A DNA stretch of 64,000 nucleotides. It comes from a virus. Below, in pieces: positions 37,383 to 46,988 of the stretch. Below the pieces are notes generated by a model. That model did not search any database. It was given only the letters and a program-made list of their open reading frames with translations, and was not told the origin of the DNA. The DNA lies in IMG/VR virus record IMGVR_UViG_3300050821_002957, positions 271,192-335,191 of that record; one strand, 5' to 3'. The translations under genes and the position numbers were made by a program. How positions within the stretch are numbered: position 1 is the stretch's first letter; each line of letters opens with the position of its first letter.

Positions 37383-37824
37383 TACATCTTATAAATTTCT
37401 ATGGCGTCATCAAGGAGCGCCTGAAGTTGTTCTGCCTTATCATACAACAGAAAGGCTTGTTCAAAAAGTTCTGGGTTTGCTTTAGCTTGTTCTGCTTCTT
37501 GTCGAATACTTGCAATCTGCTGTTCTAGATGCTGTCTAGCTGTCTGTGTTGCTGCTGCGGTAGCATTCATAATGATTAATCAATGTACATGGAAATTCTT
37601 GGAGGAACGCATCCCTCAGGGACATAACAAAAATCGCCGGGACCAAGTTCACCATTCAGTGCTTTGAATAGATCCTTGTCGCCAATGAGTCTTGTCATAT
37701 TAGACCTAGAGTTTGATCCAATGAAAACAGTGTTATCGTAGGAAATCATAAAAAATTTGGCCGAATGAACTTTGCTCAGAAACATCCGGCCCTCTTTCAC
37801 GCATTCATCATTCGTAAAAGAAAT

Positions 37825-38898
37825 TTAGCGTTGCAAGTGACGTTGATTGACTATTGCACGGTACGGAAATTCTTTATTGATTCCCAACCAGTTGCACCAT
37901 GCCTCGAAAGAACCAGCATTGTGGGTATCGAGTGCAATGAGTCCGTCTTGCGGTGCTCTCGGATCGAATAGAAGCTGACGCCCGACACGAGCCATATCCG
38001 GCACATTGTCAGAGTAAGCCTTCCAGTATTCAGGACACCAGTCGAGTGCATCACTTACAACAGATGGTACACCTTCGGCAATTCCATCAGCAGTGACCAT
38101 ATTGAACGATTCGGTGTAACTGCCCTGAATCAACAGGTGCATCTTTCTGACGACATCCCTAAACTGCGGCCATGTTGCCCATCCAAGTTCTTTCAGTGTG
38201 AAACCAGGAATGCCCTGAGTCATCGCACGAACAGAATTCAAAATTGTGTTTCCGCCGCCTTCGGTCCTTCCACCACTGACCCAAAATTCGGTATCAACTT
38301 TGAGTTCTTCGTGAAGTTCTAGTGCTGCACCGGCTGCGCTCATCAAGTTCTTTTGTGGACGAGTTGCACCAAATGCACCGATCTTCAGAACGCCACCGCC
38401 ATAGACAGGCTTGTTCGGTGACACAGTATAGTCGAGATAGTACATGTTCGGTAGGTAGGTGCAGGGAGCTTGATACGCCTGACGGACCCACAGAATAAAC
38501 TTGGAAGAATTTCCTGCGATGTTAAAGTTCAACGAACCCAATTCCAGGTCGATGTACTCACGCATCAATTTTACGCCATTTGTGTCGGCCTGTAAGAATC
38601 CGACATTGCTGTGACAATTTACAGCAAACTGAACATTGTGATACTTATAGGTAATCGCCTGTAACTCTCTCGTAGGAATCCAGGGCGCAGCGATTTCGAC
38701 GTGCGTCACTGTAGGATTCTTGTCAAGAAATGCATCAAGGGCTGCGGAGTTCAAGATTGGGAGCACAGTGCATTTGATTCCGTGCTTGTTTAAAATCTTG
38801 GCGATGTTGAGGGCTGCTACACCAAGCCCTATGTGGGAAATTCCCGCAAAGGCCGCAAAGTTTTTGTAGCAGAGAACTAGATGAACATTAGGTTGCAT
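37825..38898 (-). CDS. hypothetical protein, possibly a glycosyltransferase
   Basis: 357-aa ORF near the sugar-metabolism theme. No firm motif was found, so the call is speculative. Confidence 0.25.
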   Translation of the reverse strand: MQPNVHLVLCYKNFAAFAGISHIGLGVAALNIAKILNKHGIKCTVLPILNSAALDAFLDKNPTVTHVEIAAPWIPTRELQAITYKYHNVQFAVNCHSNVGFLQADTNGVKLMREYIDLELGSLNFNIAGNSSKFILWVRQAYQAPCTYLPNMYYLDYTVSPNKPVYGGGVLKIGAFGATRPQKNLMSAAGAALELHEELKVDTEFWVSGGRTEGGGNTILNSVRAMTQGIPGFTLKELGWATWPQFRDVVRKMHLLIQGSYTESFNMVTADGIAEGVPSVVSDALDWCPEYWKAYSDNVPDMARVGRQLLFDPRAPQDGLIALDTHNAGSFEAWCNWLGINKEFPYRAIVNQRHLQR

Positions 38899-39012
38899 TG
38901 GATACCGTCAAAGGATGAATTTTTCTCTCTGTCAGTAGTTAGCGTAGCATCGATTTTGGATTTGACAAGTCCGCTTACCACTGGAGACTATTTACACCCA
39001 TCAACAGCTTGA

Positions 39013-39255
39013 TCATCCAATGTGAGCCGATACCACATTTCCGTTGACAACTTTAAAATTTATCCGAAAAGCGTTGTGGTCATTGTTGAGTGGTTGAAGC
39101 CCTGAATGTTCAACTTTTACGATGAAACCTGCCTGCTGTGCTTTGCTTTGTGCTTCGTCGATTCTCATCCCGACATATTGTGAAACGTCCATAATTTTAT
39201 ACCTATTGTGACTGACAGGCTTTCCGCCCCGAATTTTTGGTGTTAGGAAATCCAT
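39013..39255 (-). CDS. small protein with a PASTA/BamE-like segment
   Basis: It contains YVGMRIDEAQSKAQQAGFIVKV. Confidence 0.25.
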   Translation of the reverse strand: MDFLTPKIRGGKPVSHNRYKIMDVSQYVGMRIDEAQSKAQQAGFIVKVEHSGLQPLNNDHNAFRINFKVVNGNVVSAHIG

Positions 39256-39557
39256 TATTCCTCGTCGTTAATATCTAGCCAATCGGGAGCTTCCCAGGTT
39301 CGGTGAATAACTCTGACGTAGATTACACCTTCTTCTTCGTCAAGATTCCATTCAAGATCATCGCCAACTTCTATGTTCAATTCACGAACTAATCCATCTG
39401 GCAGTGTCATCATTCCGTTCGGTTGTATGACACAGGCATATGACCTATTACCAAATCCAGAGTTCACCCAGACACCTAAAATGGGTGGTTCATCATTATC
39501 TTCAGTCGGCTCTTCGTCAAAGTCTTCCGGTTCTAGCTCTGCGTAATCTTCAGCCAT
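39255..39557 (-). CDS. AbrB/SpoVT (MazE-like) swapped-hairpin domain protein with an acidic N-terminus
   Basis: It contains MMTLPDGLVRELNIEVGDDLEW. Confidence 0.35.
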   Translation of the reverse strand: MAEDYAELEPEDFDEEPTEDNDEPPILGVWVNSGFGNRSYACVIQPNGMMTLPDGLVRELNIEVGDDLEWNLDEEEGVIYVRVIHRTWEAPDWLDINDEE

Positions 39558-40681
39558 TTTCTTCCTACCCGAATCACTGACATTTCTGGCAACGGTTCTT
39601 TGAGTCTTGGATCGATAACTACACTACCATTTACATTTACGGCTCCGCTCTTCACCAGACGACTGCCCTCTGAGACCGAAGATGCCAAACCCATCAGCAC
39701 CAAGACTCGATCCAGGCGTGTATTGACCGAATGAAAAACCGGAATTCTTACAACTGGAATATCGACCGGCGCTTCACGATCTGAAAATCTCTTTGTCCAT
39801 TCAATTTCAGCGGTGTCTGCTTTTGGTTCGTCATGTAACCAATGAACAATTCGCCATGCCAAATATTTCTTAGATTGAAATGGTTGAGGATGCCAGCCAC
39901 ATTTATTTGGAAACAGAACCTCTTGCCATTGGCGCATTACATCATCAGCAATCGACATAACTTTGCTGAACATTTCAAATGGTTCATCCAGCAAACCAAT
40001 GTGATTACCGAACGACTTGGACATCTTTCGACCGTCCGTACCAAACAACAAAGGAACCGTCGCAATAACCTGAGGTTTCTCACCACGATCATGCATGTAC
40101 ATCCGGCCCATCAGCATGTTGTAAAATTGATCGTTGCCGCCAAGTTCAATATCTACACCTTCTCTGAAAGAGTCATATGCCTGAAGCATGGGGTATAACA
40201 TCTCATGCATAAAGACCGGAGTGTTTGTTACCTTGCGTTCTTTAAAATCGTCACGGCCACCGATTTGACTGAGGGTGAAATGGGACATGAGACGAATTAC
40301 ATCTTGCATCTTCATCTCGTCAAACCATTCGGCATTCTTTTTGACGACGGTTTTGGTTCGATCCAAAATTTTGAAAGCCTGTGTCATATAGCTCCAGGCG
40401 TTCGTATTGATTTCATCGTCAGAAAGCGCAGGCCGAAGCTGATTGCGCCCGGTCGGATCACCAATCGATGCTGTGGTGTTGCCGACGATCATCACAATGG
40501 TGTGCCCAGCATCCTGAAATTCACGCATCTTTTTCAACAGCACAGCATGACCAAGATGTAGGTCTGGTGCTGTGGGATCGAATCCGGCTTTCACACGTAA
40601 CGGATGACCTGACGCAATAAGAGCATCAAACTCCTTTTCGTCGAGGAGTTGCGTAAACCCGGATTTGAGTGATTGTTGCAC
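39533..40681 (-). CDS. tyrS: tyrosyl-tRNA synthetase
   Basis: It has the class I HIGH motif in a TyrRS context (GFDPTAPDLHLGH), the KMSKS motif and a C-terminal S4-like domain (LVKSGAVNVNG). Confidence 0.85.
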   Translation of the reverse strand: MQQSLKSGFTQLLDEKEFDALIASGHPLRVKAGFDPTAPDLHLGHAVLLKKMREFQDAGHTIVMIVGNTTASIGDPTGRNQLRPALSDDEINTNAWSYMTQAFKILDRTKTVVKKNAEWFDEMKMQDVIRLMSHFTLSQIGGRDDFKERKVTNTPVFMHEMLYPMLQAYDSFREGVDIELGGNDQFYNMLMGRMYMHDRGEKPQVIATVPLLFGTDGRKMSKSFGNHIGLLDEPFEMFSKVMSIADDVMRQWQEVLFPNKCGWHPQPFQSKKYLAWRIVHWLHDEPKADTAEIEWTKRFSDREAPVDIPVVRIPVFHSVNTRLDRVLVLMGLASSVSEGSRLVKSGAVNVNGSVVIDPRLKEPLPEMSVIRVGRKWLKITQS

Positions 40682-40704
40682 CCAACTAGTTTAGCATATG
40701 AAAA

Positions 40705-41022
40705 TTAATCGTCAACCACTTTACCGCCTCGGATCACTTGTGCATTGAACGTGACTTTGGCAGTTCCGGCGAAAGGACTCATTGGTTGCGGTCGGCCTTC
40801 AGAATCGGTAAAGACGGGAAGCTGCCGTACAACTTTTTCGGGGATATCAAGTGTCGTAAAAAGTTCGTCAAAAATTTTCTGGATGCCTTTGTTCAACTCT
40901 TCTCTGCTGGCACCGAAAATTTCTTTCTGAAATTTTCCTGGTAGGGCAACATTGGCGACGAATTCCTGGACACCATCTTTGATTCCATAGTCACTAAAAC
41001 GAACAAGTATCACTTCTCTCAT
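40705..41022 (-). CDS. hypothetical protein
   Basis: ORF trimmed to MREVILVRFSDYG. It may have an alpha/beta sandwich fold. Confidence 0.3.
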   Translation of the reverse strand: MREVILVRFSDYGIKDGVQEFVANVALPGKFQKEIFGASREELNKGIQKIFDELFTTLDIPEKVVRQLPVFTDSEGRPQPMSPFAGTAKVTFNAQVIRGGKVVDD

Positions 41023-41102
41023 AACTGCATTTAGACAATAAAAAAAGGAGCAGATCCTAAGACCCACTCCCTTTCTAGACATAAGACTGAACAAAAACTA
41101 TT

Positions 41103-41930
41103 TTAGGCGACCTGAGTGATCTGCCAGAAATCGTCTGCAAGATTTCCATCAAGCAAGTACTCGAACGGCATGTAGAAGTAACCCTTTGCGCCCCAGAAAG
41201 GACCCCAGGAATTACGGACGATGAAAGTACGAGGCGGTGCGCCATTGACTGTCGTGTTGGTTGCATTGTAGCCGACAACCAATACAGCATGTCCACCCAA
41301 TAGATTTTCAGAAGCAGCAGGCATCGGAACAATTCCGGTTGCTGCTACTTGTGCGCTTTCAAAAGAATCATAGACGCTGAATCCGATCACGAACGGGAAA
41401 CCCGATGCGAGGCAGGACTGCATTGCGTTCAATTCTTGTGGAACACTTGCGTATTGAATGGCCTTGCTCTTCAAAGCAGTCGTATAGCAAGAGGCCGGTG
41501 GCTTCTCAGTGAACTTTGAAGTGTTATAAGGCCATGTTGCTTCCGGTGGGACTCCCCAGGTTGCTACGGCTTTGATGCCATCGCTAAGAGTTGCGCCGGA
41601 ATCCGAAGATACAGTGCCTTCTTCGACACGCTCATTGTAATAAATGAACAGGCGAGATGGCATGAAAATCGGAAGTTTCAATTTAATCTGATCGTATTCA
41701 ATTGCGCCTGCGATAGCATTTGCAGTGCATGATCCGAGTTGCTGCTGGTTGTAACAGGCAGGACATCCTGAACGCATGTCTACGAAAGTAGCGATCTTTT
41801 CAGGTGCAATCCGTGCTGCGAAGATTCTTTTGCGATGGTCAGGAAGAGACGGCTTCCAGCCATATTTCTTGCCGAGTGGAGAGAGTTTGTTGCTCATGCT
41901 GCTATTTAGCAGCATAGAAATCGTTGTCAA
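41103..41930 (-). CDS. papain-like (C1 family) cysteine peptidase
   Basis: The catalytic Cys lies in QQQLGSCTANAIAGAI and the His in LGGHAVLVVGYN. A FIVRNSWGPFWGAKGYFYMPFEYL segment follows. Confidence 0.7.
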   Translation of the reverse strand: MTTISMLLNSSMSNKLSPLGKKYGWKPSLPDHRKRIFAARIAPEKIATFVDMRSGCPACYNQQQLGSCTANAIAGAIEYDQIKLKLPIFMPSRLFIYYNERVEEGTVSSDSGATLSDGIKAVATWGVPPEATWPYNTSKFTEKPPASCYTTALKSKAIQYASVPQELNAMQSCLASGFPFVIGFSVYDSFESAQVAATGIVPMPAASENLLGGHAVLVVGYNATNTTVNGAPPRTFIVRNSWGPFWGAKGYFYMPFEYLLDGNLADDFWQITQVA

Positions 41931-41933
41931 CTA

Positions 41934-42314
41934 TCAACAACAACCCACCCCACGATGATCATAACAATAGTCTTCCGGTTTTGGATTTAAAATATCATCC
42001 AAAACTGCCCAGGCCATCGCCACTCGGAACCAACAATGTTCGGCACCGATAATTTCCATGCTCTCAAATAGCGGCGGCGAGTCCAGACGAAAAGTAATCG
42101 CCACTCGGACAGGAACAAAGAAACGTCTTTTGTCAACCCCAAGTTCCGTTGCCAAATCCATCAAAGTTTTCTTGATGGTCTCGGTCGTGAAATCATCTTT
42201 GATGGATAAGAGCGCATTTTTGGTTCGCTCCAACACCAAAACAGATTCTTGGATTGTTCCTTTTTTGGCCGGGATCAACAACAACGGATCGTATTCTTTC
42301 AGACCGGCGCTCAT
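41934..42314 (-). CDS. stand-alone protein resembling the GluRS C-terminal subdomain (YqeY/GatB_Yqey-like)
   Basis: LATELGVDKRRFFVPVRVAITFRLDSPPLFESMEIIGAEH resembles the FMPLRVALTG...LLGKE segment of GluRS. Confidence 0.4.
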   Translation of the reverse strand: MSAGLKEYDPLLLIPAKKGTIQESVLVLERTKNALLSIKDDFTTETIKKTLMDLATELGVDKRRFFVPVRVAITFRLDSPPLFESMEIIGAEHCWFRVAMAWAVLDDILNPKPEDYCYDHRGVGCC

Positions 42315-42892
42315 AATACCAGCTTTCGTTCGATTTCTGCCGCCATACGAAGATCAGTAATTCGCACAATCGGCAACACCCAATTCTGTGTTTCAAGTTT
42401 GTACTTGTTCCGGCGAGCTTCTTCCCACTTGCTCAAATCGGTCACGTTGTCAATCCGGTCACAACCTTTGATGCGGCGAGGACGAGCATCGGCGTGTGTC
42501 AACGTCATATAATATTCATCGTCGGGCCGTTTTGCACGAGCTACCAATTCGCCTGTAATTGGATTGAACGACGGCAATTCTTTGGACAATACGATAATAT
42601 CTTCGTACATTTCTTGCCCGAACAGATTCACTATTACCGAAGTTGGAACATAACAATCTTCGACGATATCATGCCCAAGTCCCAACGCTACATGCATAGC
42701 GTCGGCGTAACCATAAGTCATCGCAACGTCGAATGCAACACGGCGAACGTGCTCAAAATACCGTTCACCAGTCAGACGGCGGCTCTGCTTACGATGCGCT
42801 TCCTTGACCAACCAATACATGCGCTGGACATACGACAGTTCATCAGCATTCAAATACTCAGCCATCGTATTGAAAAATTCTTTACGGTTCAT
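42311..42892 (-). CDS. HD-domain phosphohydrolase (RelA/SpoT-type (p)ppGpp hydrolase-like)
   Basis: The HD motif context is RYFEHVRRVAFDV...HVALGLGHDIVED. The promoter TTGACA-N18-TAGCGT lies upstream. Confidence 0.6.
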   Translation of the reverse strand: MNRKEFFNTMAEYLNADELSYVQRMYWLVKEAHRKQSRRLTGERYFEHVRRVAFDVAMTYGYADAMHVALGLGHDIVEDCYVPTSVIVNLFGQEMYEDIIVLSKELPSFNPITGELVARAKRPDDEYYMTLTHADARPRRIKGCDRIDNVTDLSKWEEARRNKYKLETQNWVLPIVRITDLRMAAEIERKLVL

Positions 42893-43201
42893 GATTTTTA
42901 CGCTATCACAGTAGATACATCGTTGTCAATTCTGGGTAGATGTCATGGAGATTCGCTGTGGCTTGAATCGCCAACAATGACGCCATGCAAAATGAGCCAT
43001 ACCAGCATGACCACACCGAGCACATTTCGTTCTCCAATGCTTTCCTGAGACCCCACGAATAACCCACCAGAGATCGTGATACCAGCGATGTACCGAAACT
43101 TTATGTGGTTCGCTCATTGTAATCCTAAAGCCTTTCTCATTGCGAATTGTGTTTGCAAGACGCCAGCCTCTTCGCCAACCTCTAATGCATTGGTGAGTAA
43201 A

Positions 43202-43630
43202 TCAATGAGCGTATTTCTGTTGATACATCCACTCAACCAAATCTTGTCGTTGAGTGATTTCTGGATACATCCACTCAACCAAAGCAAGAGCCGATGCTAC
43301 AGTTCTAAGCTCGACATCAGTCATCAACAGGCGATACCCATTCAACCGTTTCCCACTTTCAAGATCCATCACCAGATATTGCATTTTGGATGCTAACGAT
43401 ATACCCGGCTCTTCCCGGTCCAGATTTTCTATCCACGGTTTATCGTCTTTAGTCGTGTTGAAAATGATGTCACCTGCCAACCGAAGAATATCAGCCATCT
43501 GGTTTTTCACATGTGCCGAAACTGCATGTAACATCCTAATTTTCCTCGTTATTAAAAATTTGAATTGCCGTAGCGTACTTACGGAACGACAATGAACCAC
43601 AAGACGAAAATCGCATCGAGACGGTAGCAA
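43202..43630 (-). CDS. hypothetical protein with a C-terminal direct repeat
   Basis: The 3' end contains a 19-bp direct repeat (atacatccactcaaccaaa) that encodes LVEWMY twice. Confidence 0.3.
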   Translation of the reverse strand: MLPSRCDFRLVVHCRSVSTLRQFKFLITRKIRMLHAVSAHVKNQMADILRLAGDIIFNTTKDDKPWIENLDREEPGISLASKMQYLVMDLESGKRLNGYRLLMTDVELRTVASALALVEWMYPEITQRQDLVEWMYQQKYAH

Positions 43631-43919
43631 TCTGTTCAGGACCCTCTTCGAGGAAATTATCCAGATCGGACATTGACGTAAAATCGATCATGAAAGTCAT
43701 CCCTTGATCCATTTCTTCAGCAACGAATCCGGCAGCGGTTTTTCACCACGAAGCTGCTGTAAATACTGGACGAACACTCCGTCAACCGCCTTGGCATTAT
43801 TCACATCAGGAATCTTCAATTCCTTTTTTGCATGAAGGCGAGAAAATGATAAATCCCCTGAAGTTGACCAAACTCACCGTTCGTCATTTCAATGGTCTTC
43901 AAAGTCTTGGTCCGTGGCA

Positions 43920-44186
43920 TCACGCCTCTGCTTTCAGGGCCTTCTCTAAGCGTTCAATCACCGCTTCCTCTTTAGAGGCATGTTTTCCGATGAGCGCACC
44001 ATGTTTGATGCCGAGCAGACAGGTTTCGACGATGCTGACATGCCGACGCTTGGCCGATTGGGAAGACGATTTCTTGCTGAGAACTTCGACGGCATTCGCA
44101 GCATGAATATCAGCAAGATAAACGGCGAGATTTTTCCAATTGTCCAATTCGATCTTCAGATCTAGAATCTCGTTCTCAGTCATCAT
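43920..44186 (-). CDS. hypothetical protein
   Basis: 88-aa ORF. Confidence 0.3.
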   Translation of the reverse strand: MMTENEILDLKIELDNWKNLAVYLADIHAANAVEVLSKKSSSQSAKRRHVSIVETCLLGIKHGALIGKHASKEEAVIERLEKALKAEA

Positions 44187-44188
44187 GA

Positions 44189-44488
44189 TTATGCTCCGAT
44201 CTCGATGGTGGGCATTTCCATTCCGGCAGCAAAGCCATGCCGAGTATAAAATGACTTGATAGGGATCATTGCCGTTTTAAAGGACTTTTCAGTACCGTCA
44301 CCGTTCTGAATGAAATGCATCAGCTTTTTCGCAGATCGAATGGGAGCATTCCAATACGCCCAACCATCACTGCAAAGATTGACTTGATCACGAAAATCGG
44401 AGAGGAATTTAGCCGCTTGATAAGTGGGTGTGTCTGGACGATATTTACGAACAGCACTATCGATTTCGTTTTCATTCATGTAGTTCAT
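44189..44488 (-). CDS. hypothetical protein
   Basis: 99-aa ORF. The promoter AGATACATCT-TTGACA-N17-TAGAAT lies 15 nt upstream of its ATG. Confidence 0.35.
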   Translation of the reverse strand: MNYMNENEIDSAVRKYRPDTPTYQAAKFLSDFRDQVNLCSDGWAYWNAPIRSAKKLMHFIQNGDGTEKSFKTAMIPIKSFYTRHGFAAGMEMPTIEIGA

Positions 44489-44727
44489 AAGAAGATTCTA
44501 TCAAATGGATGGTGTCATGTCAAGAGAAGATGTATCTTTTTTTAGAAACGCCAAAAATGAACTGGAATTGGCGTTTCGGCAATGAAAGTTTCGACTGCAT
44601 TTTTAACAGCAAGAAGTGTTTCTTGGTCATGTGGCTCTGGAGAAAGCCAGTATTCACGAATGATTTCACGTATCAGGTTTCATAGTACCATATTACCAGA
44701 ACCTAAATTCATTGTCAATAGATGTAA

Positions 44728-45165
44728 CTAATTTCTATGTTCGTCGAAAAACAATTTTTGACTGATTATTGGCATAAGCTTTTCAAGGGCAACAGGAGAA
44801 ATTCTATCAATGAGATCATATTCTGTGCCGACGAGAGCGCCAAATTCGACTTCATAACTCTCGTAACCGCTTAAGTATCTAATGTATACGTAATCCACCT
44901 TCGGTGACTTCGTAACTCGAAAACGAACACCATCACCCATTGAAACAGGTGTCTGAGCACCCCACATTTTAAAAATTGTATTATTACGGGGATTCGTGAT
45001 GAAATCTTCAATTGAACTAGTAAACTTTGTCTTCATGCCGTCCTTGGTTAGCTGATCCGATGGTCCCCGGAGGGCCTGGATACACACCTTGGAAGGCGGA
45101 AAACAATTGGCGATATGAGGGGTCTGGGATTCGTCCGAAGACGTTTTGGAGGGTGACCGCCTCAA
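44728..45165 (-). CDS. hypothetical protein
   Basis: 145-aa ORF. Confidence 0.3.
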   Translation of the reverse strand: MRRSPSKTSSDESQTPHIANCFPPSKVCIQALRGPSDQLTKDGMKTKFTSSIEDFITNPRNNTIFKMWGAQTPVSMGDGVRFRVTKSPKVDYVYIRYLSGYESYEVEFGALVGTEYDLIDRISPVALEKLMPIISQKLFFDEHRN

Positions 45166-45245
45166 GAATACTCTCTTAGTGTACTACAGAAACTTAAAGA
45201 TTTTCTTTCGCTTCACTTGATATTGTAGCGATTTTCTCAGCGATG

Positions 45246-45725
45246 TCAAGCAACCCTGTAATCCGTGGTATTTGCACCTTTTCCACCGGAACCATTACAA
45301 GGTTTGCAAAGTGGCTGAATGTTGCTGATAAACCCGGTCCCACCTTTGATGATAGGAATAACGTGGTCGGCCTCAAGAGCCTCATCTAGCTCTGATTCAT
45401 GTCGTCCACAACATAAACATCGATGGTCGTATTGAATTTTAAGTTCTCGCCATTCCTTTGCTGTGAAGCTGCCGCCATTTTGTTCTTCACGCAACCTCCG
45501 CTTATTTCGCTCTGCTACGAGTGCTGCATGAATAACGTGTTTATTCTTAGGATCATCCCAATAACGTTTTTGTGATTGCCGGATTTTGATCCGATTGTTC
45601 GTATAATATTTTCTCGAAAATTTCTTTCCATTCAACTGGAAGTACTCTTTATAGCAGGTCACACAATTTCCGCTGACCGGCCAATTTTCGTGGTCCGGGT
45701 TTTCTTTTGAAAGATTTAGCACCAC
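45246..45725 (-). CDS. HNH homing endonuclease
   Basis: Motifs HRCLCCGRHE...ADHVIPIIKGGTGFISNIQPLCKPCN are present. Confidence 0.7.
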   Translation of the reverse strand: MVLNLSKENPDHENWPVSGNCVTCYKEYFQLNGKKFSRKYYTNNRIKIRQSQKRYWDDPKNKHVIHAALVAERNKRRLREEQNGGSFTAKEWRELKIQYDHRCLCCGRHESELDEALEADHVIPIIKGGTGFISNIQPLCKPCNGSGGKGANTTDYRVA

Positions 45726-45755
45726 TCTAAATACTTTCTCAGGTGACCAACACAG

Positions 45756-46325
45756 ATGCCATTCAATCCCGTAATCGGAGCATACCAGAACCAGCCGACC
45801 GATATCAACTTTTTAAACACGCACCGCTTTCGTGTGATTCTGCGGCGCTGTCCTAATGTCGTCTATTGGGTTCAGGAATGCAACCTGCCTGCTATGGGAA
45901 TGGGCAACGCCGTACAGCCGACACCGTTCGTCGATGTGCCACGTCCCGGCGACAAGATTCGGTACGAAGATTTTACGATGTCGTTTCCAGTCGATCAGGA
46001 CATGATGAACTATCGAGAAATCGGAGATTGGATGGTCGGCCTTGGATTCCCTCAAGAGTTTGGACAGTATGCAGACCTCAAATCTTCTTATGATGGCATC
46101 TATTCGGATATCTGGCTCTTGATTTTAGATTCGGACAACAATGTGGCGCATACCGTCAAATTTATTGGTGCTTTCCCTACCTATCTTTCGCAAATTCAGT
46201 TTACGACGACGGTCTCCGATACGATCATTCCAATGGTCTCGGCAACATTCAAATATGCGTACTGGTCGCTGGACGATGTGAACGCTGGATCTTCGACCGT
46301 GACGCTTGGTGATTTCGTCCAGTAG
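45756..46325 (+). CDS. tail-tube-family protein (gp19/gp54-like)
   Basis: Length is 189 aa. The motif spacing F.V.I...C..LP...PV...GD...D.T resembles T4 gp19. The call is by recollection only. Confidence 0.3.
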   Translation: MPFNPVIGAYQNQPTDINFLNTHRFRVILRRCPNVVYWVQECNLPAMGMGNAVQPTPFVDVPRPGDKIRYEDFTMSFPVDQDMMNYREIGDWMVGLGFPQEFGQYADLKSSYDGIYSDIWLLILDSDNNVAHTVKFIGAFPTYLSQIQFTTTVSDTIIPMVSATFKYAYWSLDDVNAGSSTVTLGDFVQ

Positions 46326-46360
46326 CCATTTGCGAGATTTTGTGGTAGACTTTTAGGCGT

Positions 46361-46855
46361 ATGAGATCGTTCAAAGAAATGTGCGCTGAAATCATAGCTG
46401 AAGCCGTAGAACCTCTGACCGAAGCGTCTGTCGAAAAAACCGTCACCATCTTACGTGGAATCTCAGGTGCAGGCAAGAGCACGTACACGGCGAAGCATTT
46501 TCCTGATGCTGTCATATGCAGTGCTGATCATTATTTTGGTCATGGTGCCGACTACAAGTTCGACGGTAGCAAACTCGGCAAAGCGCACGATCAATGTTTC
46601 CAGTTGTTCATGACGGCCTGCAACTCCGGGAAACCGAGCATTGTCGTCGATAATACGAACACCACTTTGCGAGAGTTTTTACGTTACGTCGAATTTGCAA
46701 AGAGCCGTGGATACAAAGTCGATGTCGTTCGTTTGGTGGTTGATCCTAAGATTGCCGCCAAGCGCAATGTTCATGGCGTTCCGGCTGAAAAGGTCCAACA
46801 AATGCAGAATCGTTTCCAGGATTATCGTGGTGAGACCGTAGTCCACAACAACTAA
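46361..46855 (+). CDS. P-loop kinase (AAA_33 / polynucleotide-kinase-like)
   Basis: It has Walker A LRGISGAGKST and a D(x)nT pattern like the T4 Pnk kinase domain. No phosphatase domain is present. Confidence 0.55.
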   Translation: MRSFKEMCAEIIAEAVEPLTEASVEKTVTILRGISGAGKSTYTAKHFPDAVICSADHYFGHGADYKFDGSKLGKAHDQCFQLFMTACNSGKPSIVVDNTNTTLREFLRYVEFAKSRGYKVDVVRLVVDPKIAAKRNVHGVPAEKVQQMQNRFQDYRGETVVHNN

Positions 46856-46988
46856 ACGAACAGGCTATCATTCAACTGGTCGGAATGGAAAGTAAGTTAG
46901 CGGCAGGCCCCGTCAGAAATACCAGTGCGAAGCGTTGCGAAACCTGTTCTCTACTAGACAAAATCTGATTCCATGATGTAATGGGATC

